Assembly: GCF_009914755.1 (NCBI RefSeq)
Contig: NC_060934.1
From: the human T2T-CHM13v2.0 reference genome, Homo sapiens
Strand: one strand, 5' to 3'
DNA: 64,000 nt
Part shown: piece after piece, positions 62,201 through 64,000 of the stretch
How positions within the stretch are numbered: the first letter of the stretch is position 1
Layout: each line of letters starts with the position of its first letter
Position numbers and translations under genes: made by a program
The notes under the pieces: model-generated
The model's database searches: none
What the model saw: only the letters and a program-made list of their open reading frames with translations
What the model was told of the DNA's origin: nothing

Positions 62201-64000
62201 ATCTGACCAGGGTTTCTGACAGGCAGGGCTTAGCTTCCCAAATTCTAGCAGGTGTTCAGGGTTAGTCTTCCCCCCACTACGGACTTAGCATTCCTGGACC
62301 ACCTGCATATTAGGTTCTTCATCCAAGGCATTGCCAAGTCCTGTCCACTGCCCAGAGGCAGAATTCTAGAGCCTTCTCATTTTCCACACATCACTGTCCC
62401 TCCTGCCATACCTGGCAGCCAGCTTGGTTTCCCTGCCAAGCCCTGGTCTCCCACTTTGGCCAGGGCTGGGCTATTTTCTGCCAGCCTTTTCTTCAGAAGA
62501 AAGAACAGAGGCCTTTGTGAGGCCTCCTACTTAGGCAAGTTCAGAACCGCCACCTAAGCCTTCTCAGCCCAGTGAGGCATCCTCCCCTGAGATGATATCA
62601 GGAAGGCTTAAGTGCCTTCCAAGGCCATTAAATTTACCCCTAAGTATACCTGTTACTCTACCAGGATGCCCTCAAGCCCTGCCCTGGTTCTTGCTGAGCC
62701 TGTCTCCTTGACAGGCTGAATGACGGGCAGCCTCTCTCTAAGCCATGCTCCGGCTGTGATACTAGGGCCAGCTTGGGGCCACTGTGAAGCTTGGGCTGAG
62801 ACAGGCCCAGAGACACCTCACACTATTTTCCAGAGCCTCTCTCAAAGCAAGGGACGGCTAGATGGCCAGGAGTCACCAAGAATGGTGCCATAAGTCTTAG
62901 CTGAGAGACTTTAACCTGGTCCCCTTCCCTAGTAGACCCTTGTAGTTTGCAACAGGAATCTGCCCTTCTTGTCAGTAAGGCAGCATCTCAGATCACCTAT
63001 GATCTGACTTTAAAAGCTAGGAATTCTTAAGCTGGAAGATTCAAGATAAACAAGGTAAGAATTAGGAAGTATCAGTGCCTTTGGAGATTAAAAAAGCCCA
63101 GTGTTTTTAGATAGGAAAGTCTTCCTCCAGGTATTAAAGAGCAAGAAACAGTATGTCAATGGTATGAGGAGGGCTAGTCCTTGACAAAACCTGAGCTAGG
63201 CGACCTTGGGGTAGAACCGTCTTCTATGCCTAGTATAGATACCCCTGGGTAGGGACCAGGGACATTCATGAGTAAAGATAGACCCTGAATTGATCCACAG
63301 ACTTCTGATCTCAGTCACAGATGCCATAGTCTGACCCCTTCCCTAAAAATGCCCAGGAAGAAGCCCATGAGGTCTAGTTGAGCCCATGCTAACCTTTTTT
63401 CCCCTTCCTTGAAAGGCTGGGTCCCACCAGGCATACAGGACTTCTGTTCTACCCTACCCGTTCTCTAGAAAAACCAAGACAAGCAGATAAGTGAGCCATT
63501 TCCCATGGTCTCCAGAGGCACTGGACCCGGGCCTAGACCTTGTATTTCCCTCCATGCCTTCCCAGTGAGGGGGCACCTCCCGGGCCAACAGTCCCATCCT
63601 GGTGCCAGAGCAGCTCTGAGCACAAAGCTGAGCTTCGCAGCAGCCCCAAGCTCACCCTAGTATCACAGCCGAAGCATGGCTCAGGGAGAGGCTAGCCAAC
63701 TTTCATCCTCAAGGAGACAGGCTCAGCAAGAACCAGGGTCAGAGGCTGCCTTCTTCATGCCTGCAGTAACTTCCCATAAGCTACTGCTCTACACCAGAAG
63801 GATCATAGCAGATAGCCTAATTAGTAAAGTCCGACTCAAAAGGAAGAAAGGGTGGGACAAGAGTTTGAAGGGAGTAACCAAGAGTTTTCCAACTAAGACA
63901 CAAACCCAGAGACCCAAGAAGTTCAAACCTCAAACCAAGTAGGTTAATAAAAGATAGGCCATGTCAGCTTGGATAACCACCGAGATAAAAATCCCAGGAA

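Overview
Primate (human-like) non-coding genomic DNA. No protein-coding gene, RNA gene or CpG island is recognisable, and the ORF track consists of repeat remnants and chance ORFs. Bases 1-13.8 kb are nested retroelements: an old L1 5' end, an L1M ORF2 fragment, a chimeric MST/THE1 MaLR element, and a full-length L1PA13-16-type LINE with target-site duplications inside a MER5. Bases 14-27.7 kb are GC-richer intergenic DNA with well-preserved ancient repeats. From about 28 kb to the right edge the sequence changes character. Repeats carry many 2-7 bp deletions, A-tails are eroded, TAG/CTA trinucleotides are frequent, ApT>ApC changes appear on the + strand, and AATAAA is scarce on the - strand. 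Two similar L1 copies, one outside and one inside this domain, give an internal control: the inside copy is about 100 nt shorter over about 2.3 kb. My best inference is a germline transcription-associated hypermutation domain from a long, heavily transcribed - strand non-coding unit, such as a pachytene piRNA precursor, with its promoter to the right of the window. Repeat subfamily names come from recalled consensus sequences and all counts are by eye, so both need computational confirmation.
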